DNA of 64,000 nucleotides from Fimbriimonadales bacterium. Its GTDB lineage: Bacteria; Armatimonadota; Fimbriimonadia; Fimbriimonadales; ATM1. Shown one piece after another: positions 41,044-51,243 of the stretch. A model generated the notes under the pieces. The model made no database searches. It saw only the letters and a program-made list of their open reading frames with translations, and was not told the DNA's origin. The stretch is taken from positions 64,001-128,000 of the forward strand of contig JBGTLG010000033.1 of assembly GCA_041744215.1 (NCBI GenBank), written 5' to 3'. A program made the position numbers and the translations under genes. Positions within the stretch are counted from its first letter, which is position 1; every line of letters starts with the position of its first letter.

Positions 41044-42071
41044 CGACTCGTCGACGCAACCGCGCCCTCTAACGCAGGCAACAAGATGTCGATTGCGCTA
41101 TCAACTCCTGTCTCAAAAGTGCATCCGGCCGCATTTTTGTGGCCGCCACCACCAAATGCACGGCAGACCTGCGCGACGTCGATCTCACCCCGCGAGCGAA
41201 CGCTGACTCGGACCCGGCCAGGACTATGTTCTCTAAACAATGCGAAGACAATCGCCGAGTCTAGTTTTCCAATCTCGTTGACGATGCCCTCGGTGTCTTC
41301 GTCCGTGGCATTTGCCGTAGCGTAATCCGAGTTTCTAATGCGGCTGTATGCCACCGAGCCATCTGCAGCAACTTGAATATTCGCGAGCGCAACGGCAAGA
41401 AGCCGAATCGCCGACAGCGGCTTCCTATCCCAAACCTGTTCGTGGATCTCCGTGATATCTGCACCGTGCTTAACAAGCTCGGCGGCGGCGTGAAGCGACT
41501 TCGCGTCGGTATTCTGAAACTTGAAGCCGCCTGTGTCGGTAGCGATCCCGGTGAGAAGGCATTGTGCAATGGCGGCGCTGAGTTCCAACCCGAGTCGATC
41601 CCAAACCTCGAACAGCAAAAGCGCAGTCGCACTGTAGCTTGGATCGATGAGCAAGATTCCTTCCGCAACCTCATCGCCGAGTTCGTGATGATCAATGACT
41701 GCGATCTGTTTCGCCAACGGAAGCAGGTGCCTAGCATGAGCCAATCGAGTTGGCGCGCTCAGATCCGCAATGATCGCCAAATCAAACGTTCCGACGGTTG
41801 CAGCTGCCCCATCGACTGCTTCGTCGTTCGGAAACAAATCTCGAGCCGACTGAAAATCTTCCCATCCGGGAAGGAAGCGCAGATTTTTTGGCACTTCATC
41901 AGCTCCAATGAGTGCTACAGACTTCCCGATCTTCTTCAACGCATGAGAGAGAGCGAGAGCAGAACCAATTGCATCGCCGTCGGGATTCACATGCGGAATA
42001 ATGACAATCCGATTGGAAACGTCAATGGCGCTGCGCAGAGCGGCAAGGTTTGTATCAAAGTCGATTGACAC
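41040..42071 (-). CDS. nrnA: DHH/DHHA1 oligoribonuclease/PAP phosphatase
   Basis: HVNPDGDAIGS, IDHH, DTGGF, GGGGHKNAAG. Confidence 0.92.
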   Translation of the reverse strand: MSIDFDTNLAALRSAIDVSNRIVIIPHVNPDGDAIGSALALSHALKKIGKSVALIGADEVPKNLRFLPGWEDFQSARDLFPNDEAVDGAAATVGTFDLAIIADLSAPTRLAHARHLLPLAKQIAVIDHHELGDEVAEGILLIDPSYSATALLLFEVWDRLGLELSAAIAQCLLTGIATDTGGFKFQNTDAKSLHAAAELVKHGADITEIHEQVWDRKPLSAIRLLAVALANIQVAADGSVAYSRIRNSDYATANATDEDTEGIVNEIGKLDSAIVFALFREHSPGRVRVSVRSRGEIDVAQVCRAFGGGGHKNAAGCTFETGVDSAIDILLPALEGAVASTSR

Positions 42072-42079
42072 CTTATCAA

Positions 42080-43357
42080 CTATACCGCGTCAGACTTCCC
42101 GATTCGTGATGCAACTTGAAGATACCGCTCGCGCGCAGTTGCAAGGTCGACCACAGCGCTCTCCAGCGGCCTCGGTGACCCGCTGCATTCTGGAACCCAC
42201 CGGGTGAGCCATTCTCCGCTTGGATCGTGAGTCGCTCCTTGCGAAACCGGATTAAAAACACGGAAGTATGGGGCGGCGTCGATCCCGAGCCCGGAACACC
42301 ACTGCCAGCCGCCAACGTTCTGCGCCGTATCACCATCGATGAGCCAGTCTTTGAACACTTGCTCGCCGCGCTGCCAGTGAACCATCAGCACTTTCGACAA
42401 GAATTGGGCTGCTACCATTCTTGCTCGGTTGCTGATGAAGCCGGTACTTCGCAGTTCTCTCATCGCCGCGTCGACCACTGGGAATCCCGTTTCCCCATTT
42501 TTCCACGCGTCGAAGAGACCATTATCTTCTGACCACGGCAGCGCGTCCCATTTTTGATCGAACGCGCTGCTTATGATGTGGGGATGTTGCAGGAGGACGT
42601 CCGCCATGAAGTCCCTCCACGCAAGTTCTGATATCCACTTTTTTGCTGCAAGAGTGTCACGCTTTTGCGCCAGATCAAACGCATACCGCGAAGAAAGAAC
42701 CCCAAGCGTAAAGTAGCAAGATAGTCGTGAGCCTGCCGCGCCGTCGAGCCGGTTCCGCTCTAACTCATACAGTTCGAGGCGCCCGTCAATAAACGTGTGT
42801 AGCGCCGCCAGCGCAGCGTCCTCGCCCGCAGCAGGAAGATCAACATCGGAATCGTACTCAGGAATGTCACCTTCATCGATCGACAACTTCACTTGGCGAA
42901 ACCGTGAAGGTGCCTCCATAACCAAAGGCTGTGCCGATTCAGACCATCTTCGAAAGAACGGCGTGAACACCGCATATCCGGTCCCATCTGCCTTCCGAAC
43001 CGTTCCTGGCTCACGCACATAGCACCCCGAGTGCCACGTGACCCCCGTGACGAGGCCGTCCCGCTTCCGCCCATACGGAGTGTAGCTGCGAAGCGCATGT
43101 ATCTCGCCCGCGCCGAGCGCGGAAGCGACAAAAGGGAGCACTTTCCATGGCGCGCCAGTACGAACAATCAGCTTTCCGCCCAACTCATGGTACTTGTCAC
43201 GAAGCGCCTGCACGTTGCGTGCGAACCACGCACACCGTCTCGGCGAAGTGTTGTCAAGTATCTGTGGATCGAAGATCACAATACCAACACCGCTCGATGC
43301 AGAAGCTGCAGGATGATCGTGGAGCCGAAGATCCCCGCGATGCCACGCGATTCGCAT
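42080..43357 (-). CDS. phr: deoxyribodipyrimidine photolyase
   Basis: WHRGDLRLHDHPA, ELAWRDF, GETGFPVVDAAMR, DAAPYFRVFNP. Confidence 0.93.
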   Translation of the reverse strand: MRIAWHRGDLRLHDHPAASASSGVGIVIFDPQILDNTSPRRCAWFARNVQALRDKYHELGGKLIVRTGAPWKVLPFVASALGAGEIHALRSYTPYGRKRDGLVTGVTWHSGCYVREPGTVRKADGTGYAVFTPFFRRWSESAQPLVMEAPSRFRQVKLSIDEGDIPEYDSDVDLPAAGEDAALAALHTFIDGRLELYELERNRLDGAAGSRLSCYFTLGVLSSRYAFDLAQKRDTLAAKKWISELAWRDFMADVLLQHPHIISSAFDQKWDALPWSEDNGLFDAWKNGETGFPVVDAAMRELRSTGFISNRARMVAAQFLSKVLMVHWQRGEQVFKDWLIDGDTAQNVGGWQWCSGLGIDAAPYFRVFNPVSQGATHDPSGEWLTRWVPECSGSPRPLESAVVDLATARERYLQVASRIGKSDAV

Positions 43358-43437
43358 CCAGCGATGTTATCTCATCGCAGTCGATCTGCGGGGATGATTA
43401 GCGTGATTGACGAACATAGTCGCCAAGTGCGAGAAAC

Positions 43438-43785
43438 TCACGACTTTCGATACTCTGCAGTGACTTCTGATGCGATCCCGCCGCGAATGTTAAACAGCCC
43501 TTGCACCACCGCCCACCTCGGCGAGCATCTCGCGACGAAGTCATCTAAGATCTGGTTGACGACCGCTTCATAGAAGATTCCCTTGTCTCGAAAAGAGTGA
43601 TAGTACAGTTTCAATGACTTCAACTCAACGCATAGGTCATCAGGCGTGTATGTGAGGACAATCGTCGCGAAATCCGGCTGACCAGTTTTTGGGCAGACGC
43701 TCGTAAACTCTTCGGTCGTGTGCTCGATCGTGTAGTCCCTCGCGGGATTCGGGTTCGGAAACGTTTCGAGAATATCTCGGCTCAT
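43438..43785 (-). CDS. queF: preQ0 reductase (NADPH-dependent 7-cyano-7-deazaguanine reductase)
   Basis: [23 protein letters not shown]. Confidence 0.95.
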   Translation of the reverse strand: MSRDILETFPNPNPARDYTIEHTTEEFTSVCPKTGQPDFATIVLTYTPDDLCVELKSLKLYYHSFRDKGIFYEAVVNQILDDFVARCSPRWAVVQGLFNIRGGIASEVTAEYRKS

Positions 43786-43821
43786 CCCACAGAATTTACC
43801 CGCCGAGTAGACTCCCAGCGA

Positions 43822-44361
43822 ATGGACTTCTTGTGGCAGTTCGATACAGAGGTGTTTCGCGCGGTGAATCGGTCAATGAATTCGCCAGTGCTGGATCCCG
43901 TGTTCTGGCTGATCACCTCCCTCGGGCTGGGCTGGGTCCAAGTCATCCTCGTCCTTGGGATGCTCATGAAAGTGGAGCTTCGAAAACTGGTTTTCCCAAC
44001 ACTCGCTTCGCTAGTTTTAAGCAGTATTCTTTTACATATCGGCAAGTGGCAGCTCCCGAGACTCCGCCCAACGAACTTCGAGGACACGATGCTCCACCCT
44101 CCGGAGGTGCCGACGCTATCGAGTTTCCCTAGCGGTCACACAACCTCTTCGTTCGCCATCGCGACGACAGTTGTGATGCTTTGGCCGGGCAACAAGCTCC
44201 GGGCTGGGCTATTGCTCTTCATGGTGGCAACGCTAATCGGGATCTCGCGCGTCTATCGCGGTGTGCATTGGCCAACAGATGTCATAGCCGGAGCAGCGTT
44301 GGGTTATGCAACCGGCGCGATGGTTGCGCTTGCGATCATGTCAAAGGTGAATGTCAAATGA
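43822..44361 (+). CDS. PAP2 family phosphatase
   Basis: K....[22 protein letters not shown]. Confidence 0.92.
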   Translation: MDFLWQFDTEVFRAVNRSMNSPVLDPVFWLITSLGLGWVQVILVLGMLMKVELRKLVFPTLASLVLSSILLHIGKWQLPRLRPTNFEDTMLHPPEVPTLSSFPSGHTTSSFAIATTVVMLWPGNKLRAGLLLFMVATLIGISRVYRGVHWPTDVIAGAALGYATGAMVALAIMSKVNVK

Positions 44362-46259
44362 CCTTCCTTCTTGCGGCCGTTTGCTTTTCCGCCCAGAGCC
44401 TCGTTCCTGTCATTGCGATTGATAACGGCAATGAAGTACCAATCGACTCAAGTGCCTCCGGAAGTGAGTGGTCGTTTGCGCTGGGCGATAAACCTTATCG
44501 AATCAGTCGAACATCGGAAGGCTTCGAACTTTCTCCGCCAGCGAAACTCAATGTCATCTTCGCTGCTCCCGAAGGCGCGCGTCCTGCACGATATAGAGGA
44601 TCGGCACGCATAGCATCTGTCTACATTGGGGAATTGAACGAAGGTCCGGCTAATGCCCTGCTATTCCCAGACGAGACGGTTGCCTCGTTCGGGGATGCGC
44701 TCGGTGGGATCAAGACGTCTTCGCGTGGCGTGCAAGTGCGCGCAGAGTTTTCCTCGTCAATCTCGACGCTGTCAGTCCAGTTGCTCAACCTGAAGATCGT
44801 AGGACGGACGATTCCAACCGAAGCGGATCCGCTTCCGGAAGCGCTGGCCAGATTTGCGGACAAGTTTGGCGGCCGGATGCAGCTAACATCGCCGAAACCT
44901 CTTCTGGCCCCGGAGACAGAGGATGGAGGCTATCCATTTGCCACGTTGGCCGCGCTCTCCAATCTCGTTGTGAGCCTGGATTCTGCGCCCTGGACTCGAT
45001 GGCGTGACCGTGCCGGGACTGCGTATGCAGGAGTGACTCGGCTTGATGGCGAGTCGCCGGAGGGTATTCCGGAGATCATCGCCGTCCATGTCGGCATTGC
45101 TGGAAAACCGTACACTGTGCTTTGTGTCTTCAACTTCTGGGACCGGGCGCGGTCGATTCGAATCGTGCCGGATGAGATGGGACTGCCAGCTGCGGCCTAC
45201 GTAGCGTTCGATTTCTGGCGGACGAGGAATCTGGGAACCTTTGTCGGCGATCTCATACTCACCGTGCCCGCACAATCTGTCAGAGTGGTCTCGATGCGCG
45301 AAGCGAAGCCCCACCCGCAAGTCTTGGGGACAGACGCGCATGTCGTTGGTGAGTGTTCGGTATCCCTAACAGAAAGCTGGAGCGAAGAATCGATGCGATT
45401 GACGGGGCGCGCACTCGCGCCGAGCGATAAGCCGTTCAACGTTTTCATTTCGCAAGGCGGTTCTTCGGAGATCTACGGCGCGCCAACAGTCATCGCAAGA
45501 AATGGCAAAGCACACATTCACGCAAACAACGGATTCTATCGCCTAGAATTGCAAGGAGATGCAAACGCGATACTGGACTTCGATATCACATTTGCCGACC
45601 GCAATGAGTTTCCGGACACGACGCATCTCGATATCACAGCTTCAGCGGCGACGCCTTGGGCAGTTAGTTTCGCGCTGCAAGGGCCACACCGCTTTCCGAA
45701 CGCGGGCTACTACCTTTACAAGAACGATGCGCCTTTAGGTTACACCCCCGATTTGCTGCTAACAGATGAAGACGTAAGCCCTGCTGCGCTGTACACATAC
45801 AAGGCAATTCCTGTCGGCTTCACTGGCGCACTAGGCGAACCTCAGTACCTCCCGGTCACTCCAGGGTGGCCTACGGACATCGCGTTGCATCGAATTCCCT
45901 ACGCTCGGTACACCCCTGCGTTCGTGCCCCCACGGATCAATGAAACTCCACAGCGAAAAACCTTAACTTTATCGGGCCGACCCATTGCAGGACTATCGTT
46001 GATCGACGGAGGGAGTGTCGAGTTTGTTTTATCGCGCGCCTTCGCGACTCTTGAGTCGTCCGTGTTGGGTCTCAGCCGAGGATCCCGGCTGCGAGTACTG
46101 CTGGATGGAGAGACAGCTTGGGAAAGCCGAGAACTCGGCGAAAGCGAAATGCAAAATCTGACTATCGACTTGAGCCAAGCGTTTCGATTGAGAATTGAAG
46201 CGAGCAGTGGCGATGTCGCAGTCGTTAACCCTCTGCTACGGGCGAAGCCACGTCCATAA
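44358..46259 (+). CDS. exported protein with alpha-galactosidase-like C-terminal beta-sandwich, FN3-like and NPCBM-like modules
   Basis: VFNFWD...YVAFDFW...HPQVLGTDAHV; VLLDG...WES...LRIE at the end. Confidence 0.55.
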   Translation: MTFLLAAVCFSAQSLVPVIAIDNGNEVPIDSSASGSEWSFALGDKPYRISRTSEGFELSPPAKLNVIFAAPEGARPARYRGSARIASVYIGELNEGPANALLFPDETVASFGDALGGIKTSSRGVQVRAEFSSSISTLSVQLLNLKIVGRTIPTEADPLPEALARFADKFGGRMQLTSPKPLLAPETEDGGYPFATLAALSNLVVSLDSAPWTRWRDRAGTAYAGVTRLDGESPEGIPEIIAVHVGIAGKPYTVLCVFNFWDRARSIRIVPDEMGLPAAAYVAFDFWRTRNLGTFVGDLILTVPAQSVRVVSMREAKPHPQVLGTDAHVVGECSVSLTESWSEESMRLTGRALAPSDKPFNVFISQGGSSEIYGAPTVIARNGKAHIHANNGFYRLELQGDANAILDFDITFADRNEFPDTTHLDITASAATPWAVSFALQGPHRFPNAGYYLYKNDAPLGYTPDLLLTDEDVSPAALYTYKAIPVGFTGALGEPQYLPVTPGWPTDIALHRIPYARYTPAFVPPRINETPQRKTLTLSGRPIAGLSLIDGGSVEFVLSRAFATLESSVLGLSRGSRLRVLLDGETAWESRELGESEMQNLTIDLSQAFRLRIEASSGDVAVVNPLLRAKPRP

Positions 46260-46632
46260 GCATTGCCTGCATTAAATCGATACGCAAAACTACACCGAGC
46301 AATCGCTCCTGCGCGATGACGGGCAACAGCGTCATGCCTTGGCTAAGCATTGTGTGCAGCGCCTCAGCTACCTCGACATCCGGCCCAGCGCAAACAGGTT
46401 GTCTCGTGCCAAGGTCTATCGCTCTCATTGAAGCCAGGCCCGTGATGTCGCCCTTCTGAATCGCCGCGCGGCACAAATCGCCCTCGGTAACGACTGCAAT
46501 CGGCCGACGCTCAAGATCAACAACGACCAGCGCAGGAAACTGGTAGAGGTCAATTTTGTCGATTGCGTCACGCACGGATGATTCGACGCCGAGCGTTGGA
46601 ATATGTACGTGCATGACCTCGCTGAGAGTCAT
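46225..46632 (-). CDS. CBS domain protein
   Basis: Two CBS repeats (VVTEGDL, LPVI...LLGVV). Confidence 0.88.
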   Translation of the reverse strand: MTLSEVMHVHIPTLGVESSVRDAIDKIDLYQFPALVVVDLERRPIAVVTEGDLCRAAIQKGDITGLASMRAIDLGTRQPVCAGPDVEVAEALHTMLSQGMTLLPVIAQERLLGVVLRIDLMQAMLMDVASPVAEG

Positions 46633-46646
46633 GCTAAGAGACTACC

Positions 46647-47195
46647 TTACGCGCGGAAACCTTGAGACCATTCTTTCGACTCGCCTTCCCATGCTTCCCG
46701 CACAAGGTGCAGTGCGAAGAGGTATGTCTCGAACCGTTCACTCAGCTGGCGGAACAGCCTGGCTTCTGTCGCGAAATCTCCGTGTACGAACGTGCTCACG
46801 ATGTGATAGCTCTGCCTGCCGAGGGTGACGTGATCAACCATCCCTGCCGCCCTCCCCTGCCGCTTTAGGAGACTGAGGTGCTCCGGGAAGGTCCCACCCC
46901 AGAAAAGGATGTAGTCGCCAATGTGCTTGTGCACCTCACGCTCCTGCTCGAAACTGTCGGCATTGAGGAGAACGTCTCCTTCCTGAACCATCTCCACCAG
47001 ATCATCGACCTGGCCGTCTCCCACTCTAAGAGGGCTGGCCTCAGCATGGACAAACTCGGTGACGAGGCCCGCAAGGTAGTCTTCTACATCGTGGTCTTGG
47101 AGACCCAGTTTGACGTGGAGGCTACCGTGCACGAGCCCCCGGAAGAATTCCCGGAGCGGGTGGTCATCGCTGACTCGCCAATGTGACATCGTCAT
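46647..47195 (-). CDS. conserved hypothetical protein
   Basis: EREVHKHIGDYILFWGGTFPE motif; plausible ORF. Confidence 0.7.
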   Translation of the reverse strand: MTMSHWRVSDDHPLREFFRGLVHGSLHVKLGLQDHDVEDYLAGLVTEFVHAEASPLRVGDGQVDDLVEMVQEGDVLLNADSFEQEREVHKHIGDYILFWGGTFPEHLSLLKRQGRAAGMVDHVTLGRQSYHIVSTFVHGDFATEARLFRQLSERFETYLFALHLVREAWEGESKEWSQGFRA

Positions 47196-47315
47196 TCTCG
47201 CATTACTGCCGGCTGTGCGTACGGGCGGCCGCGTTTGGCCTTAACCGAACTTATTCCACAAAGCCGGCTGTCACTGTGTTAGGACGAGGCGATAGCAAGA
47301 ATGTTTCTGCACAAA

Positions 47316-48056
47316 CTACGAGTTGATTCCCAAGTCCTCTTCGAAACCAGCCATCACGTTGAACATATGCACAAGCTGCGACGCTCCGCATTTTCCGTCG
47401 CTATGTGCGAGAACTTGTATCCGTAGCATTCCCAGCCCGTCAATCCCTTCGGTAAGTGCGAGCGCGTACTCTGCGTGCGCGGCGCCTCGCAATCTCTCCA
47501 GGTCGAGCGAATTGCTAGCAGCGCCCTTCACAAAGAACGATCGACCGTAAGCTTCGTCGTACAACTCGTCGATTTCTTCTGCACTTTCCGGAACCCTCAC
47601 AGCTGCGAGGCAAGTTGCGCTGAGAACTCCTGCAAATGGCGCGGGTTCACCCGCGCACGTAGCTCCCTGCTGCCACTCCATCGATCCGAGCGCGGCATCC
47701 ACTTCGTCGTAGTCTCCATCGAAACTGAACAGCACAGATGGTCGCTCGACTAACAACCCTCCGCGTATGAGCGGGCCGAGTCCAATGAGCGCGAGAGTTG
47801 CAGCCGGGCCGGGGCAGGACGCGCGATCGGCGCAGACGAGCGGATTGTTGTCCATCAATTCGACCAGTCCATACGGCCCGTCGATTGACGAGCAGCCCAC
47901 GACGGTCTCCCTGTGCCACTCCCCAGACGTGAAGTTGATTCGCTCGGCCTCGGCCTCCTCGAAGTGATCGAGAGCGACCGCGGGATGCGCGGCCAAGTGA
48001 TCCCGCAGACGTTGCGTTCCCATTGCTCGCACGTGAACTATCTTGTTGGCAATCAT
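47316..48056 (-). CDS. degenerate ArgC/Asd-family-like protein
   Basis: YGLVEL, SCPGPAAT (cf. ANPGCYAT), GKCGASQLVHMFNVMAGFEE. Confidence 0.55.
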   Translation of the reverse strand: MIANKIVHVRAMGTQRLRDHLAAHPAVALDHFEEAEAERINFTSGEWHRETVVGCSSIDGPYGLVELMDNNPLVCADRASCPGPAATLALIGLGPLIRGGLLVERPSVLFSFDGDYDEVDAALGSMEWQQGATCAGEPAPFAGVLSATCLAAVRVPESAEEIDELYDEAYGRSFFVKGAASNSLDLERLRGAAHAEYALALTEGIDGLGMLRIQVLAHSDGKCGASQLVHMFNVMAGFEEDLGINS

Positions 48057-48071
48057 GATGCTGCGAGCATT

Positions 48072-48743
48072 TTAGTTCAACCCCGTAAACTGATGCACGA
48101 CGAACCAGATTCGCTCGATCAGTGCAGAAAGTCGCGTCATAACTGTGTTTCCGAAATACGCTCCAAATCCGATCATCAGCCAGAAGCGACCACTTTTCGA
48201 GATCGCGCGCATGATTGCTGATTTGTGGTCGACGCTAAAGAAGAAGAAGAGCATCACGCTAATCAAAGCGACGAGGAAGATCGTGTTGTTAATCGATTGT
48301 GGAGCCGAAACGCTTCCCTCATGAACAACGATCGGAGAACGGAAGGACGCGGTAACCACGGGCATTTGCTGAGTGAATTGGTTTTTGATAGCTTGGCCCG
48401 CGCCAGCTCCCACAACGACCCCAAGCACGAGCCGCATCAGCCACTCCGTCCTCTTGAAGTACATCCCATACCAGCATAGACCGAGCGCAAGTGCAAACCC
48501 TCCACCAAGGATGCCCGTCCAAGCAATGTCGCTCGTTCCAAGAGTTCCAAAGTTCCGAGTCCAAGGATCCCACCACTTGGGCTTTAGAAACTCGAACCAA
48601 GTTACGGCGAACGTGAATCCGACCGTCAATCCCAAAAGTAAACTCTCACCGATTCGGTAAATCCGATTCTCTTTCCAGAGGAGGCTCAAGATCATCAGCA
48701 CGCAGAGCGCCGCGACCCAGCCGCCGACTTCCGCGAACATCAA
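48072..48743 (-). CDS. hypothetical multi-pass membrane protein
   Basis: About 6 TM segments; SLLWKEN, GRFWLMIGFGAYFGNTVMTR. Confidence 0.75.
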   Translation of the reverse strand: MMFAEVGGWVAALCVLMILSLLWKENRIYRIGESLLLGLTVGFTFAVTWFEFLKPKWWDPWTRNFGTLGTSDIAWTGILGGGFALALGLCWYGMYFKRTEWLMRLVLGVVVGAGAGQAIKNQFTQQMPVVTASFRSPIVVHEGSVSAPQSINNTIFLVALISVMLFFFFSVDHKSAIMRAISKSGRFWLMIGFGAYFGNTVMTRLSALIERIWFVVHQFTGLN

Positions 48744-49579
48744 GCTTGCTCCCTCTTCCGCCTAAGCTTGTGGGCGATTGCGCCTACATTTCCGAGGATG
48801 ACAGCGACAAGCAGAATAATGTGACCTGCGGACTGACCAAGCAAGAACCTCGTACCGAACTCGCTGATTCCAAGTTGCTGTTCATACTCTCCTCCTCCTC
48901 GCGCGCCGACCAGCATCCCTTTCAACGTCCCCGCAGTGAAATAGGGGTAGATGTTCGTGGATGAGATGGACGCCATCCCAGAAATGACTGGTACTCTCGC
49001 GGCAGCGTGGAAGTACGTGAGGTATTCGAGATACGGACCATAAGAGATATTGACAACAAGCGCCCAGTCTTCTGCGACGCGAGTTTTTGATAGCCAAGAA
49101 TATGCGCTTACAGGTTGCCCGCGATCATCCTCTTGGACTTGTGCCACAAAGTCACGCGCAAGCGCTTCAATCGCGATGCCTTTCGGATCAGGAACCTTGA
49201 AACCAAATGCAACCCAGTCTTTGCCGTACTCCTTACCGAACTCCGCTGCAAGTTCATCAAGGACGGGCTCATAAAACTGGCGCCCAGTTTGGATTCCGCT
49301 CACAACCGCAAACTTGATGTTCTTTCTGAAAAGATGCCGGACTACGCCGCGAAACTGAGCCCTGAGTTCCCCAATCGTCCCTTGATCCCAGTCGCTATGG
49401 AGGAGCACGGGTTTTGAACCGTCGAGTCGCTCGATCTGGTGGAAGAATCCTCTTGCCTCCCCGCTTGGTTCGATTTTGACAGGAACGCGAATGAATGACG
49501 CCAGCACGATGCATAGCAGGAGCACGCCATAGAACCAACGCACGTCGACGTTGTCAAGTTTTGCAAGCCACTTGGCCAC
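48740..49579 (-). CDS. hypothetical membrane-anchored protein
   Basis: Terminal TMs; YPYF.AG...G..GGGEYE; overlaps the next gene's start. Confidence 0.75.
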   Translation of the reverse strand: MAKWLAKLDNVDVRWFYGVLLLCIVLASFIRVPVKIEPSGEARGFFHQIERLDGSKPVLLHSDWDQGTIGELRAQFRGVVRHLFRKNIKFAVVSGIQTGRQFYEPVLDELAAEFGKEYGKDWVAFGFKVPDPKGIAIEALARDFVAQVQEDDRGQPVSAYSWLSKTRVAEDWALVVNISYGPYLEYLTYFHAAARVPVISGMASISSTNIYPYFTAGTLKGMLVGARGGGEYEQQLGISEFGTRFLLGQSAGHIILLVAVILGNVGAIAHKLRRKREQA

Positions 49580-49629
49580 CCTTGTAGATTCGATACAGCG
49601 AGCCCGGATTCCTTCGGTATCCTGCGACT

Positions 49630-50724
49630 GTGATGGATGAAAAGGACATTTCAAGTGTTCGCCTCGAGATCGACTCTCTGGACGAAAAGCTTCTCGAGTT
49701 GCTCAATAGGCGTGCAGAGCTTGCAATCGAAGCCGGGCGGATGAAAGAAACGGATGAGAAGCCTTACTACACGCCTGAGCGCGAGGTCGAAATCCATAGA
49801 AGACTTCAAGACAAGAGCCCTGGGCCACTCAAGCCATCCCAAATCCGAGCAGTTTTTCGCGAGATCATCAGCGCAGCGAGGAGCCTCGAAAAGAGCCTTG
49901 ATATCGCCTACTGGGGACCCGCCGGAACCTTCACCCACATGGCCGCGATGAAGGGTTTCGGATCGAGTTCGACCTATGAGTCGAAACCGAGTATCACGGA
50001 TGTCTTCCGGGCCGTCGAGAATCGACAAGCGGACTATGGCGTCGTGCCCGTCGAGAATTCGCTCGCAGGAGTCGTTCCTCAGACTCTCGACATGTTTCCC
50101 CAAACCAACGTACGCATCTGCGCGGAAATCTTCATTCCGATTGCACATCACCTCCTGTCGCTTGCGCCAGATTTAGCCAGCGTCCAGCGGGTCTATGTAG
50201 GGCCGCAGCCGCTGGGGCAGTGTGGCAACTGGTTGAGAAACCACCTTGCTCATGCAGAGGTTGTCGAGGTCGTCCCTACTTCTCTCGCCGCGCAAAAGGC
50301 GAAGGACGATCCAAGCGGTGCTGCGATCGCGAGCAACCTCGCCGCCAAAGAACTCAACATGCCGATGATCGCGCAGCACCTTGAAGATGATCCGCACAAC
50401 CGAACTCGATTCCTCGTGGTCGGATACAACGAACCTGCACCAACGGGTAATGACAAGACGTCGCTGATGTTTAATCTGAGAAACAGGCCCGGCGAACTCT
50501 ACCGCGCGCTTGGCGCATTCGACACGAACGGTGTGAACCTGTCGATGATCGAAAGCCGGCCAGCACAGCGCGCGACGTTCGAGTACATCTTCTATGCAGA
50601 CTGTGACGGGCACCACACACAGCCAAATTTGGCAGCAGCGATTCAGGGATTGAAAGCCCTTACACTCGAGTGCGTCGTCTTAGGGAGCTACCCAAAAGCC
50701 CCAGACGCTGATCCATACGAATGA
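49630..50724 (+). CDS. pheA: chorismate mutase/prephenate dehydratase
   Basis: R.EID.LD, VPVENS, TRF, IESRP. Confidence 0.95.
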   Translation: MMDEKDISSVRLEIDSLDEKLLELLNRRAELAIEAGRMKETDEKPYYTPEREVEIHRRLQDKSPGPLKPSQIRAVFREIISAARSLEKSLDIAYWGPAGTFTHMAAMKGFGSSSTYESKPSITDVFRAVENRQADYGVVPVENSLAGVVPQTLDMFPQTNVRICAEIFIPIAHHLLSLAPDLASVQRVYVGPQPLGQCGNWLRNHLAHAEVVEVVPTSLAAQKAKDDPSGAAIASNLAAKELNMPMIAQHLEDDPHNRTRFLVVGYNEPAPTGNDKTSLMFNLRNRPGELYRALGAFDTNGVNLSMIESRPAQRATFEYIFYADCDGHHTQPNLAAAIQGLKALTLECVVLGSYPKAPDADPYE

Positions 50725-50760
50725 ACCGTTTGGCATTGGGATAGCGTATTCATACTAAGT

Positions 50761-51213
50761 ATGTCTAGGGAAAGCGTTACCGCCGGGGCAGTAGGGGTTG
50801 GACTCCTCATATTGCGAATCGGGCTCGGTGCGACCATGATGGCGCACGGCCTCCAAAAGCTGGGCGTTTTTGGGGGAGACAGGGACCTGAACTCCACAAT
50901 TCAGCGCTGGCAGGAGATGCAGGGCATTCCGCCTTGGCTCGGATACCTTGCGCTGATCGCAGAGGTTGGCGGGGGGTTCGCCTTGATAGTGGGGCTATTC
51001 GGGCGGCTCGCTGCGTTCGGTATCGCCTGCACCATGGCGGTCGCCACGTTTAAGGTCCACATGCCAAACGGCTTTTGGAACGCCGACCGAGGAATTGAGT
51101 TTCCGATGATGCTGATGATCGCAGCTGTCTGTCTGATGCTGACCGGCATGGGGCCGATTTCCATCGACTCCAGGATTGCTAAGCGGATGGACAAGACGAT
51201 CGGGGCGAAGTAG
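50761..51213 (+). CDS. DoxX family protein
   Basis: LRIGLG...HGLQK...GIEF...GPISID. Confidence 0.9.
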   Translation: MSRESVTAGAVGVGLLILRIGLGATMMAHGLQKLGVFGGDRDLNSTIQRWQEMQGIPPWLGYLALIAEVGGGFALIVGLFGRLAAFGIACTMAVATFKVHMPNGFWNADRGIEFPMMLMIAAVCLMLTGMGPISIDSRIAKRMDKTIGAK

Positions 51214-51243
51214 CCCCGCGACCATCGTGTACACTGCCACCTA

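Noticed and set aside
43786-43821. preQ1 riboswitch upstream of queF
   Set aside because: Only 36 bp of divergent intergenic DNA, occupied by two -10-like boxes.
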